From Phoronis australis (Eukaryota; Animalia; Phoronida), in contig NMRA01000066.1 of assembly GCA_002633005.1 (NCBI GenBank), positions 310,001 to 374,000 on the forward strand: a DNA stretch of 64,000 nucleotides, given 5' to 3'. The position numbers and the translations under genes are program-made. The notes under the pieces were generated by a model, which made no database searches, was not told the origin of the DNA, and saw only the letters and a list, made by a program, of their open reading frames with translations. Shown here in pieces: positions 1-13,300 of this stretch. Each line of letters begins with the position of its first letter. The first letter of the stretch is position 1.

Positions 1-1270
1 GATTCAGAATCTTGCGTTGATACACGGTGTGCTAGAAGAGCTGTCAAGCCCGTGCAGAAACACAGCTATGCCATAAGCATGAAAGCTTATTCGTCGGATG
101 GTTAGTGTCCTTAGTCTATGGTTGATAATACCGGGCAGGCATTAGCCACTGCACTGACACGCGCTCAAGAGAAGAGGTTTGGGTCACTAGAACCTAGGAA
201 ACCCTTCAAGGAACAACCGTGAGCATGCGTCCTGCACAAGTTATTCAAAATGTTGTTATGAACTTGGAGCGGCGTTTACTTGACAATGATGAGCAGTCAT
301 TTTGCTCTTTTCTGAGCATCTTGGACCCCAGAACGTGGCCGATGGGATCTGGGATAAGACATAGCGAGCACGAAATCAAGGATATTTGCGAGAGGTTTGG
401 GCTGGTTGCCACAAGGGCAGTTGGAGGAATGCGTGAGTTCGTAGCAATGGAGGAGACGGTTAGAGTACACAACCTACCAAGTGCTCTGCGAGAACTGGAC
501 CTCTGCGTTAAAATCTTTCTTGCAGTACAGGTGAATGTGAGCGAGGATTCAGCGAAATGAATCGGATTGTAACAGACGCTCGCTCTTGTTTGCTATTAGA
601 AACCACCTTCAGCTTGCTGTTTGGCAAGATTAATGGTCTCCCGCTTTTCATGTTCGACTCAACCTGACGCCGAAACTTCGATTCGACAACATACATGTAG
701 TACTGCTCAGTGATAGTTACCAGTTCAGGTCACGTAACTTGGAAAAGAACGAGACTGCCGACAAGAAAATTTGTGGAGGATTTTGTAACTAAACACTCTA
801 TCTTTGGACAGGTCACTAGTACTCGGTATTTTACCAACTTTAAAAACTAAATGAAAAATAAGAACAGCTGCTTGCAAGAAAGCCTTACTTTGAGTTTAGG
901 CATTATACATAATCGAGGGCACCTGTGCGCATTGTACATGGTGTTCACCTCATTTATGAAACGTCGGTGCTTGTGTAACATCGTTTCGTGTAATTAGTGC
1001 GTACAAAGTAACATATGCTCGCCGAGTTAAGAAATTTTAAATTAATGTTTCAGGATAAAATAACAATTATGGTGTTGTACTATAGGCAGATAAAGGGGAC
1101 TCGGAGGAACAAAAACACCATCAGCATAACGTTTCTGGGTGTTCCGGGCCTAATCTCCTTTATAGTTGTGTTTGGGCCCCCTCTTCTGATTGGATTGTAC
1201 GCAGATCTCTGCCTTCGAATAGGCCTATGTGTGGTTGGCCCCCCTTTTCTGCGACATCCTAGATACACTG
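1..1270 (+). mobile_element. Degenerate hAT-superfamily DNA transposon (KIAA1586-like transposase C-terminus), 3' part, inside an intron of aGPCR gene A
   Basis: Frameshifted translation gives IQNLALIHGVLEELS ... LDPRTWP ... CSTGECERGFSEMNRIVTDARSCL...LLFGKINGLP (hAT dimerisation motif ECERGFS, about 522-640). GGGCCC-rich subterminal region ends in ...CACTG at 1270. Confidence 0.7.
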
Positions 1271-1461
1271 CAGACTCGAAGTAAATATCCACTCGTGAGT
1301 CAAAAATAGGCCTACATGTTTGTGAGTCAGGTTTTTTCGAGTTAAATGGACTTTTGAAATTCATAGCTCAAGGCGATACTCTGGGCTTCAGGCGCCTATT
1401 TAGCTCTATTTTACCACTACAGCAATGGTCCTAACTAAAGCAAGTATGAAGGGATATTTAC

Positions 1462-1556
1462 CGTGATGCAGCATTGAAGAACTTCTGAGACCTTGCGATT
1501 AGAGAAGCATTCATGTTCATTACATTGTTGACGATCTGCAGTACGTTTTTTGTTAC
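1462..1556 (-). CDS. aGPCR A exon, GAIN subdomain A helix
   Basis: VTKNVLQIVNNVMNMNASLIARSQKFFNAASR; 95 nt, same length and phase as gene B exon 39688-39782. Confidence 0.85.
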
Positions 1557-4265
1557 CTGCAAAGTTTTAGTTGACAATTCCTTAGACTACAATACACGTG
1601 GTGCCGCTACAGTGCGTGACTACCTGTTTAACAATTGAAACAATCACGTGTCTCAATAATTGTCACTTGTTCAATATTTTTCAAAAAAACTATCATTGTA
1701 GCACAGGTTTTAGAAAAAGTTATTACCATCACATGCGGACGGGGTGCTTTTTCCGTTGTACCGGATTTGCACTTGTCGCACACCAAACGATGTTAAACAA
1801 AAGCTTCGTCATCGAAGCTTAGCCTTTTCATAAAAAGTCAGATATTGTAGTTGAAAAAATCAAGTCTGTGAAAAACTCAACACACATTTACCTGCTGTGA
1901 AATGTTTGTCCAAACTGATATACGATGGACTATGAAAGATACCAAGACGATGTCAACAGAGTTTAACTTGCTTGAGTTTTGCGTTAGGTCAGCAGTTTTG
2001 TTCGCTAAGGACTCGACGTTGGAACCATTGATGGTAATCTAAAAGATGTATATGTATTGCAATTCTAAAACAATCGGTTCACATCTAACGACGCAAGAAG
2101 GAGACATTGAGCTCACTTGGCGCTCCGACGTTGAGGTTCTTCCAGATAAACCGGCTGACGCATCGTTAACAATTCGTATCAACTCAAATACATGTATGTG
2201 GCCTGGTGATGTTTCATCTTCATATGATTTACACTATGATTTATCAAAAACAGGATTGTATTTTTGTGTCAAAGGTAATGAGATCTTGGATGACTCTCTC
2301 GGTAAGACGGAGTAACAAAAATCCCTAAGCTGCTGCGGGGTTGTAACAGCTGATTATGACACAATACCAGGACGTTGAGCAAAATAAATTGAATCTGCTC
2401 GAACTAATAAATATTACACTTCCAGTCACCGTTACAATGATTCCAGTGTACCATTGACAATCTCCTGAGTGACTCTGTGATGCTGATGTCACTACATGGA
2501 ATTGCTCGTGGCTTGCCCAACCAATATAGCCCAGTTGTAAAGTTCCCCGCACATGTCCACTCGCCCACTGGTTTACCAGCTAAAACAAAACAGGCAATAG
2601 GAGATAAACTGCCATGTACCTGGAACACTCGAAAAGAGACCGAGATAAAACAAAAATAGCTGACGTTGTTTTGAAGTAATATACATAGACATTTCTATTG
2701 AATTAAAATGAACTGTTTTATGGTTGAAGGAAAGAAATTTTGCACCACCTGGAGATACAATCACATGTCGACTCTGGCGTGTTACGTAAATTGGATCATT
2801 TATTACACTTTATTTAGACACTTGAACTACGAACTGACAAACAAAGAATCTAGGGAGACCTCTATAAATATTTAATTGAAGAGAAATGGAGAACTGTTCT
2901 GGACCAAGAGCTTACTTGTTGGGCAAGTCTGTTCACTTGAAATGACTCCAGCAGACGACACGGGAAAGGTCAGTAGGAGGTCATTGACTGTCTCATCGGT
3001 GCGATAACAGTACTCTGGAAATGAATTATATCATTTAACAACAAAATGTATCAAGAAATTAAAGAACTTTGTAGAATTTTTTAGTGTTATCACCCCTCAC
3101 TCTTACAGTTTAAGTGTCATTTAGAACTTTTTCAATGCTTCACCAATGTTTCATATAGGCTACCAATGATAACTGATTGAATCTATTTTCGACCTCAGAA
3201 AGGACGTCGAGCAGATATTATCGCAATGGTCAATCCGAACTTGAATGTCTCCTAGACAACTGACCCGTGTTCCATCACGAGACCAACTCTTGATTTAGAT
3301 CACTTTCTGCTACGAAATTGTTCTCAAATTATCTCTTAGTCAAACTGGGGAGGATTTTACGGTTTCGAAAAAAAAAACTGACTTTTTTATTGAGCGGGAC
3401 CACCGCGCATCAAAGTGGCTTGTCACGGCGAGACATTTTATGTACTGAAAATTGTCTCAAGAAATTTATGAACAGCCAGTTCTTTGCAACAGCAAAGGCA
3501 CTTATCAGCCGACCAAGGAGAAGTCAAACCAATTGTTCGTGTCTCGAGCGGAACGTACAAGGATTTATGGTCGTTTAACAGTCGATGAGTTAAATTGTAG
3601 AGACAGCTAAATTGCTCAGTTTTAAAAATAAACACAAACAAGGATGTAACATCTTCAAAATAGTATTAATAAATATTCCAGGAGAAAAGGTGGGTGTGTA
3701 ATCTCTACACATCGGAGATTCCCACTCTTCGAGACAAGTCTTGACATAGCATGAGTAAAAAATGATCTTTCTATGTTTGTTGTTACGTTTTACCAGCTTA
3801 AGCTGTAGATCTTCTGCAATATGTCATGTCTGTTATATTATGGATGGTTGTGGTAGACATTAGATAAACATAGATTAAGTAGGAACAGTGTACATGTGGT
3901 TTATTCCAATATGGCTCAAACCGGAAGAAGAAGAAGAAGAAAAGAGAGAGAGAGAGAGAGAGGGGGGAGGGNNNNNNNNNNNNNNNNNNNNNNNNNNNNN
4001 NNNNNNNNNNNNNNNNNNNNNNNNNNNNNNNNNNNNNNNNNNNNNNNNNNNNNNNNNNNNNNNNNNNNNNNNNNNNNNNNNNNNNNNNNNNNNNNNNNNN
4101 NNNNNNNNNNNNNNNNNNNNNNNNNNNNNNNNNNNNNNNNNNNNNNNNNNNNNNNNNNNNNNNNNNNNNNNNNNNNNNNNNNNNNNNNNNNNNNNNNNNN
4201 NNNNNNNNNNNNNNNNNNNNNNNNNNNNNNNNNNNNNNNNNNNNNNNNNNNGAGAGGGAGAGGGA

Positions 4266-4300
<35 letters not shown>

Positions 4301-7300
4301 AGCTGTCCAGTACAGGAAACATGGTTTGAATATAAAGGAAATAACATTATAGCCCATAGACACTGGTAGAGTCCACAGAGAATAGTGCAATATTATGTCA
4401 ATGTCAAGACTTAAAAAAGCTCTTGGAAGATAACAAAATTCAAACGTTAGCACACGTGTATACCGACAAAAACAAATTTTCGGACTTACCCGCAGACAAC
4501 AGGCGAATACTCTGAGTGTCTATTTGGCTATTGGGTGCAGATGTAATAGCATTTTTTAGGGTTTTTAACAGGTCTGACAGATCGCCAGGCTTCTTGAAAA
4601 TCTTTAACTCAGTCGTCAGGCTAAAGTTCACTCCAACTCTTCCTGTCCTTCAAAAAGATGAAACCTAAACATGTACATGTAACTACATGTACTTTAGCCA
4701 AACCATCAAAATCACTATCTTTAAAGTTACTGTAGCTTTATTATCCGACGTGATCTTGACGTTAAACTGACCAGAGTGTTTTTACCATCCATACACGCAA
4801 GAAATGAATATAATGCTAAGCCTTTTGTATACGACGTTTTTGTATAAGACAGTTTTACATCTGAATGTCTTAATTAATCTAACATGTTTAATAACTCACA
4901 GATTACTGAATAACGCAACTCGAATCACAGGAATCTCGAAAGTGTTTGGGTACGCTTTTTGCAATGATTCGTGAACCGGCTTGCCCAGTTGCTGCACCCA
5001 AGTGTGTTCCACAGGAAACAGTCGCTCGCCAGCAAACCAGTTGTATAAAACATGATTTTCTCCAAACTTTGAATTTGGAATATGTAACCAACCAACAAAG
5101 TACCGTACTCCTGAAAGACAAACGAACAACGTTTAATTACTTGTATGATTACTGTGGTTTACACATACATGTATGATGAAGACTCCGCAATTGGGTCTTT
5201 TATCCTGCATTATACTACAAACGAAAATAACGTTTTAGTAAACCACTTACGGTACATGTTTATGCAGACTTAGTGGGGGTTGGAGGGAGCTCGCATTTGT
5301 TGAACAAAAGACAACTTGCATAAATAGCAGTAATTGCAGATGACATGGGCGTAACACACACGATAAGGAAAAACAATGGTAAACTTTGGCAAAATACAAA
5401 TTTATAGAAGCAATTTGGAGAACACTGGCTTTCTGAAGGGCACAACTACATCAGTGTGAATCGATAACGAGATCGTTATCTAACAAACTAGTTCTGCATT
5501 GTGCGTTAGAAAACTTCATAAGAAAGCATGTGACGACAGAAACTACACACCCTTAGGATTATTCTCTACACTGTTTCAACACGACTAATATTAATTTTAG
5601 CGAACCTGGCTTTCAATTGGGGACCAGCCATGAGCAATAATATTACGTTAAACTGATTTACCATAGTAGGACTACTTACCAAATTGTCTGATCAGTGCTG
5701 GCTTGGACCTGACGTACGTGAAAGGAAAATAACCCCAGGCCTCACACGTAAGAAGGCCGAAATCATCCGCGCCTACCTTCCCAGAGTCACCGGATTGGCA
5801 ACTGCACAGTGAAAACAAAAAGAGCTATTTTTTTACAACAACTTCACATTACAACTATAAGCTTGGACTATGAGAAGTCTCAAAAGAAAACAAGTTGAGG
5901 GGACCTACCAAAGAAAATTCCAAAATCGAAAATTAATGTCTCAAGCCTTCATATTTCCTTATTTCAAGTGACGCCAATATAAAAAAGTCTTAAATTTGCT
6001 TTCGGAATGTCGGGGTTATAACAGGTGACGCAGCTTCCGTTCGTATGTCATTCAGTCGTCCTGGTTTGTTTACATTTACCTTCGAGGATGTAATACTTAC
6101 CTTTGTGAAGGTAGTCCATTAACGTGGCTGGTGAGGGCAAAATAATCGCCAGCGGGAACACACTTGACAGAATATGGGAGTCGTGACTGTCTGGAGATAG
6201 CTCTTGCCGGTCTGCTTTGGAAGGCAGAGGTGCGTATCACTGCGTCGGAGGGCGGCTCCAGGATAGTGACCGTCGCTTGAAAGGTGCGTGAACAGATCAA
6301 CAAAACTTTGTCAAAGTAAAACTTGAAGAACGAGAGCAACGAAATTTACCAAACAATATCATCAAATTATATCTCACAAATTGTCTTTCATTTCCAATGT
6401 TAAGTACAATAAAGATTTGATAAACATCAACAAAAGATAAGCAATGGGAAAACACAAAAAATGTGTTCTATTTGAGACAAATACTCACACATTCTTGAAG
6501 GTTTTTTTTCGCAAAGAAATGGATGTAACTCTCCACACTGGACTTTCTCGTAACGAAATCCTTGATTACTCAATAAGTTTTCATTTAGCATGACGTAGCA
6601 ATACGCCGTCAAGTTTGTCGCGTTTGCAGTAAGAAGGTTCGCCATTTGTTGCTCCAGTGACGGAGGTACTGCAGTACCGTTTGACCACATCATTCGGCCG
6701 TTTCTTAACGACATGCCTATGTACGTCTTATCCGCGACTGACCCTGGAACAACCATGGGTCGATAGTTTGGTAGTGAACAAATCAGATCTGTATAGAATT
6801 CGTTTTATGTCTCAATATTACAATAAACAATACTCATTTATACAATTGATGAAAATGAGAAGCGTTTGTGTGAAATATTTTATGTCTAATAGGAAATTTC
6901 TTTGCATTTGGAACAGCCACACGGATACTCTGGAATATGTTATTTCTAGCCAGTCCTGGACGGATACATCTACTTTCACAATATCAAACTTCTCATTGGA
7001 GGTGAATTTCAAGTCCAGGTATTAAAATACCCAAATAGTAACCTCCCATTATAGACATCTGTCGTATAATAACGTCTCTTAAAATACACATCAGCCAATT
7101 CACTTCTAACTCTCATTTGCGAGCGCATTCAACTGACAACTGTCTCACTCAGTGAGGAGTCACTAGAAGCATCCCACAGTCACATTATGTACACAGAGGT
7201 CGTTTGTACATGCTGATGTAATATGCAGTGAACCCATGTTTTCTTAATGGCGCCACCAGGTCAAACTGGCAGTACTCGGAGAAAGCATCAAATCTCAAAA

Positions 7301-10300
7301 TTTGTTCAGCAGATATTCGTCAAAAGTTTGAAATTTTAACAATTTAGGTTTCTGCATAGACTTAAATCAGAAAAAAGTTAAAGTATTGTACAGTATAGTA
7401 TCAAGTATGCAAACACCATATCATTCTATTTTCATAATGATATTTGAAGGCATAGACTTTAGTTGAATTTAGTTATGCAGTGCTGGCAATCAATGGATAC
7501 CAACCGTTAAACATTCCAGGGTCGTTTGGAACACCTGCTCTTCTGTGAATTTGCTCAAATTGCTCATGGCTAGACGACTTCTTCAATGGCTGCGCAAGGT
7601 GGCCTCCTTCTTCTCGACAAAGCTGCTCAGCGTCGCCGAAAGAGTGAGGCTCGGAATGATATTTGAAGCAGACATCGGTGAGGTGAGTAGCACCAAGCCA
7701 GCCACTTCCGCATTTAGCAACTACAAACAACAGAAACCGAAGCAAAACAATTCCAAGTAGTGCGTTTTATGTTGCCATTGATAAATTATAATTACTGTGG
7801 GAATTGAGTTAAGGATTTTGTAGTCCTTGTTAATGCAGGAGCATTCAGTCTTTTGTTTAGGAACTTTATGTCCACTAGAGGCGTTGTACATGTATGTACA
7901 CCTTAGGGCGTTTCCAGAGTGCATTGTAATTGCTGTCTACACCCGCTCCTAGGTAATTGTTAATTGGCTGAATAGATGCTACCATTGTAATATAACCAAT
8001 CACAGTGCAGTTTTGATAGTTTTTAGCTTGATCAATCATTTACAATTCTCATTTTAGAATATTGGTTTCAACATGTTGTGATGCGCTGTAAAGCGATTAT
8101 TAGCTGGGCCACGCGGAAAACTCCAGTATGCACATGTAATTCTGTTAAGGCTTTACGTTTAGTCTATTCATGCAGGTTTTCTGGATCATTGTATGCCTAG
8201 TGTTTAATTTTTGAACTGTAACGGCTGCTTTGTGGTGGTTTTGTCTAATGCGGGTTCGAGTCCCGTGTACTAGCGGTCTTGACAATTGGATATGCCTAAC
8301 GTTTTGAGAACATTGTTTGGTTCCGTTGTTTGACAAACTGTATTTATCGTTTGTAGATAACCGTCTCTTTAAGAATAAATCGATTTAAAGGAAGCTGACG
8401 CGTTAGTCTATCGCCCACACTAATATAACTTGCAGAGTACTGGGAGTGTGTTCTGACATATATAAAATCACCATCTTTGCAGTACACGGCAACGATTTGA
8501 AATATCCTGTCATCACGACAGGGTGTAAGCCGGCAGCGAGATTCAAGTGTAGCCCTCGTTACTGAACGTTGGTTGATTGAAATGGAAAATAAGCAAGGTG
8601 GAAACGCTCTTCTGTTTTATTTATGTCAGGTCATTGGTTGTAATTACATTAGACTCGGAGAGGGGAATCGGCAATGAGTCCGATCACCTTCTCAATGTAC
8701 TGTAGTAATTGCTATTTAATTAGACTATCCTCACAAACTTTTCACACGAACAAGAAAGAGGTGAGCATTTTACACATTCTCCACAGAAAACACACATTGG
8801 TCCCTGTTCATGTATGCATAGACTCGAAGAATATAAATGACTTTAGTTTAATTATTTTGGGTCTATTTTATGTTTTCTACTTCTTTTCAAGATATTGTAG
8901 GTTCAACTATAAAGAAAAAAAAAANATCAAAACTACGTTTTGTCTTTGTTTTCCCCGGCACCATTCTATCATAACCACACCTCGTTGGTTCAATGTTATG
9001 GCGAATTTGTGAATGAAAGGACTGAGGGTATACCGAAGCTGTTCTGTACCTGGCGGGAGACTCAATTTACTTGAAAGCCCTTTAACCTTTGACATTGGAT
9101 AAGTGGTAAACAAATATCCACGCGGTTGTGCGGTTCCAAGGTGGTTCTGCTAAATCTTTTTTTTCTCGCTACGCAGTATATATTTCGTATTTGAAGTTCC
9201 CCGAGAATGAAGATAAGGCATTTTGCTAGACACAAGTGAAATATTGTAAAAATGGCCCATTTTTGTGAATAAGGTTGGAAATATCCTTAAGTACATGAAA
9301 TTCTGTTAAGGCTTTACGTTTAGTCTATTCAGGTAGATTTGCTGGATATTGTATGCCTAGTGTTTAATTGTTGAACTTTAACGGCTGCTTTGTTGTGGTT
9401 TTGTCTAATGCGGGTTAGAGTCCCGTGTACAGCCGTCTTGACAATTGGATAGGCCTAACGTTTTGAGAACATTGTTTGATTCCGTTGTTTGACAAATTGT
9501 ATTTATCGTTTGTAGATAACCGTCTCTTCAAGAATAAATCTATTTAAACGAAGCTGACGCGTTATTCTATCGTCCACAGTAATATGCCTCGCAGAGTACT
9601 GGGAGTGTGTTCTGACATAAAATCACCCTCTTTGCAGTACACGGCAACGATTTGAAATATCCTGTCATCACGACAGGGTGTAAGCCGGCGGCGAGATTCA
9701 AGTGTAGCCCTCGTTACTGAACGTTGGTTGATTGAAATGGAAAATAAGCAAGGTGGAAACGCTCTTCTGTTTTATTTATGTCAGGTCATTGGTTGTAATT
9801 GCATTAGACTCGGAGAGGGGAATCGGCAATGAGTCCGATCACCTTCTCAATGTACTGTAGTAATTGCTATTTAATTAGACTATCCTCACAAACTTTTCAC
9901 ACGAATAAGAAAGAGGTGAGCATTTTACACAATCTCCACAGAAAACACACATTGGTCCCTGTTCATGTATGCATAGACTCGAAGAATATAAATGACTTTA
10001 GTTTAATTATTTTGGGTCTGTTTTATGTTTTCTACTTCGTTTCAAGATATTGTAGGTTCAACTATAAAGAAAAAAAAAAACAAGAAATCGATTAATTAGT
10101 GAACTTATGAAATGTTACAGTAGCAATCAGCGGTTTGATGGCCTGTCTGTAAAAAGACCTTTCACGTCTCATATAGCTAACTGTTGTGTTATCTACAACT
10201 TGGCGGTGAGGGAATAGTTTTGCCCAAATGACAGACTGCTCATAACGCGATCTGGCATCCTTTCCTGGTCAAAAACCAACGAATATGTGTTTGCCGAAGG

Positions 10301-13300
10301 GAACATAAACATAAATGTCGAAATTTCTCGAGGGGTTTGCAGTCTATTTTTGAAAGGTGTGTAGATTGTTCATTGGAAATCCTAAAATAGGACCATCGTT
10401 GTAATTCTAAAAAGATTTGGGACAAAATTATTAACTCTCCCAAAAATACTCATCTTGAGAAGCCCATGCTTTCTTACAAAATTTTTCATTAAGTTCGGAG
10501 AAAGATCAGATTCAAAATCAAACATGTTTTTAAGACCTCACTAGTCTATTCTTCGTAGAAATTTAAAGGCGAAAGCAACCTTTTTTCATATATATCATTG
10601 AAACATCCGTTCAACATAAACACCGCTTATTAGTGTTAAAACTCAGGCAGAAAGCTAACTCTCACTATAGATATCGGTTCTCTACCGAAAATAAGTGATA
10701 GAAGAAGAATGTTAAGATATAAAAAAATGCTGACCTTGTAAAAACGGTGGTTGTCGACACTTTTCTTAATTGCCCAATGTCCTGTATAGTCTGATTGGAA
10801 ACATAGTCTGTCATGGCACAGAAAGATTTGAGTACAATTTGTATTGTTCCCATCGACTTGGTCATAATTAGCATTGAATATACTTGAAAATACTCCAATA
10901 TCACAGTGCCGAGAAAGTACTGGATATTTTGGTCAAAATGCAAACGAAATACACCGACCAGATTTTCACCGATAGTGCTCTGAGCATTGTGAGGAAGCAC
11001 GTCCTTCATGCTAGATTGGGTTAATAAGACAGAGAGCAACCACTACCATGTCTGCAACAGCAAACCCTCAGTTCCACATACAGGATGAAATGTACAAAAG
11101 TTTTCAAAAAAGCAATTCAGTCTTAGACAGAATTCTTTCAGCTTTTGCAAACGTGGAAAAACGACTTGTCAGAGTTATTTTGTCAATTTAATGTAACACC
11201 TGTCACAATGGCATTTTAGTCTAACTCTATTAATAGTCTAGTGCGACGTTATTGGGCCTTTCCACTAAATTGTTTGCCATTGCCTTGCAAGGCAAATCGT
11301 CGAATTCAGTAGACAAAGTTGTTCGAGTAACATTTCTCGATACTGAGAATTTGCAGAGATTTGAGGGAAACGAAATGGACATTTAGTCGCTGCTTTGTGG
11401 GTCGAAAATGTCGGATTTCGTCGCTGTCTATTTTGAAGGCTATTGTATTCCGCAAAAGTTCCAGTCGGCCGATAGCTGAGCAAATACATCAGTCACACAT
11501 TGGTTCTGAATGTAGTGTGCATGTACATGTAGATCCAATTAAAGCTCTTCTCAAAGGTCACACAATACCAACGTCAGCAATTTCCACATTCCAAAAACGT
11601 ACCCTTCCGTAGTGTGTTAAGAGAAAACCCCCTAGTTTGACATACGACAGGTAGCTTGTCATCACAAGGCCTTGTTGTTATATTCATTATCCCGTTGACG
11701 ACCTTTCCAGATACGCAATCCCCCATCTTCGGGAACGGTTTTGGAAACCACCGATAGAGTCGATTGTTTCTGGAAAAACATATCAGCGAGAAATTACCAT
11801 GAGTAAATTTTCTACCGCATCTGATTGTATTTCATCAACTTATTGCTGACTACGTCATTAAGACACGTTGCATAAAAGCTGCCATAGATATATAGATATA
11901 TGCACAAAACGTATCGAGAGTGGCGTACATAAAGTAATATCCCCGAGACATTATTCCGCGTATCGACCGAGACCGAAAAGTTGCGTCATTGCGCTCAGCA
12001 GTTATTTGTTTATTTACAAAAAGACTTGTAGAGCAAATGTCGCGATTTCGATAAAGTACGTGGAGCAAAAGTTCTCGAGATTTTGTTGAGAACTTGGGGG
12101 AAATGAAACGTGATCTAGTTAAAAGAAATAGATATTTAGTCAGAGCTTTCTTGCACGTCAAAACTTCGTCAAATTTCGAAGCTGTCCAGTTTATCTTGAA
12201 AACTAGCGTACCTTGTCACCTCAAGCTTCTACCTGTTAAGATGTTGATGAAAAATGGAAACACGGAGAAATAATTATTGAGGATCTTTGTACTTGAGCTG
12301 CTACTTGAAATGAGATTGTTTGGCCTACGTCGTAAGAACCTATCACCACTGCCCATCGTCCATCAATTGTAGCAGCTGATGATGAACTTAAGCAGAATCT
12401 GCTCCGCAAACCGATTGTGCAATACAAAGAAGACTTACGTTGAATTCATGTTCAACAGTGGCGTTCCATCCCAATAAAATTTCCCAATTTCTGTATTAAA
12501 ATGACCACCAGTCCAAACTTCTCCAATACCTAAAGGGAATACGAATATTTTGAAGCCCGTTATGTAACAGTTGAACGCTATAAAACAATTCATGATGCCG
12601 TTTTGGAGAGTTGTGCAAAGAGCATAGTATATCCAAGTTTCATTTAAATCCAAACAACTACTTCTTCTGAGATGTGATGTCCCAAAGTTAGCCAAATTTG
12701 AACAAGATTCAGCGACGGATCCAGGATTTTGAGTTAAGGGGGTCCAGGGTAGAGTACTCTAGCCAGTATTTAGCCCGTCAGACATTCGCACCCCCGAACT
12801 GCCAATTGGAATCTGGAAGAATTTTTGAGGGAGGAGGCATGGTCCCCTTCCCCCCAAATCCGCCGCTGAGATTCTGCATAACAGTAAAACAATGTTCTTT
12901 CACCGCAATGCGATGCGCTTGGCCTTTTTTACGGACAACGCGAGTCGTCTTATGCTCATAGGATTATGGGAAACCTGTTAGACAACAGACAGCCCTCTGC
13001 GTAAACGTCCCAATCCATCTTCCCGTTAAATTTGTGTAAATCATGAGGACTATCGTAGCCGAAGATTTACGAGCTGAGGTGTATGCCTCAAATGCACGAC
13101 AGCTGAGCTGACAGGTCATGTTATTTAAAGGGAGGACAACTGGGAACTGCTGACTGCACCCTGAATGTGTTGTGTAAATTAGGCATGGCCACTGAGTGTA
13201 CATTTATGATCGGCTGGTGTATAATTTGACTCAACACTTTGGATATACAAGCACTTCTTTACATAGGCTTACTAATACGAAAGTGTCGTAAGTGAGAATC

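Noticed and set aside
2046-2315. Plus-strand 89-aa ORF and a possible minus-strand exon ending at 2117
   Set aside because: No counterpart in paralog B; the phase-0 join 2452>2038 already reproduces the paralog's structure
3798-4453. Five long ORFs of 143-192 aa
   Set aside because: Artefacts of the N gap and GA microsatellite
12236-13203. Possible extra lectin exons between 13347 and 12529 or after 12439
   Set aside because: Candidates either hit stops in the required phase or lack lectin-like sequence; an undetected exon cannot be excluded
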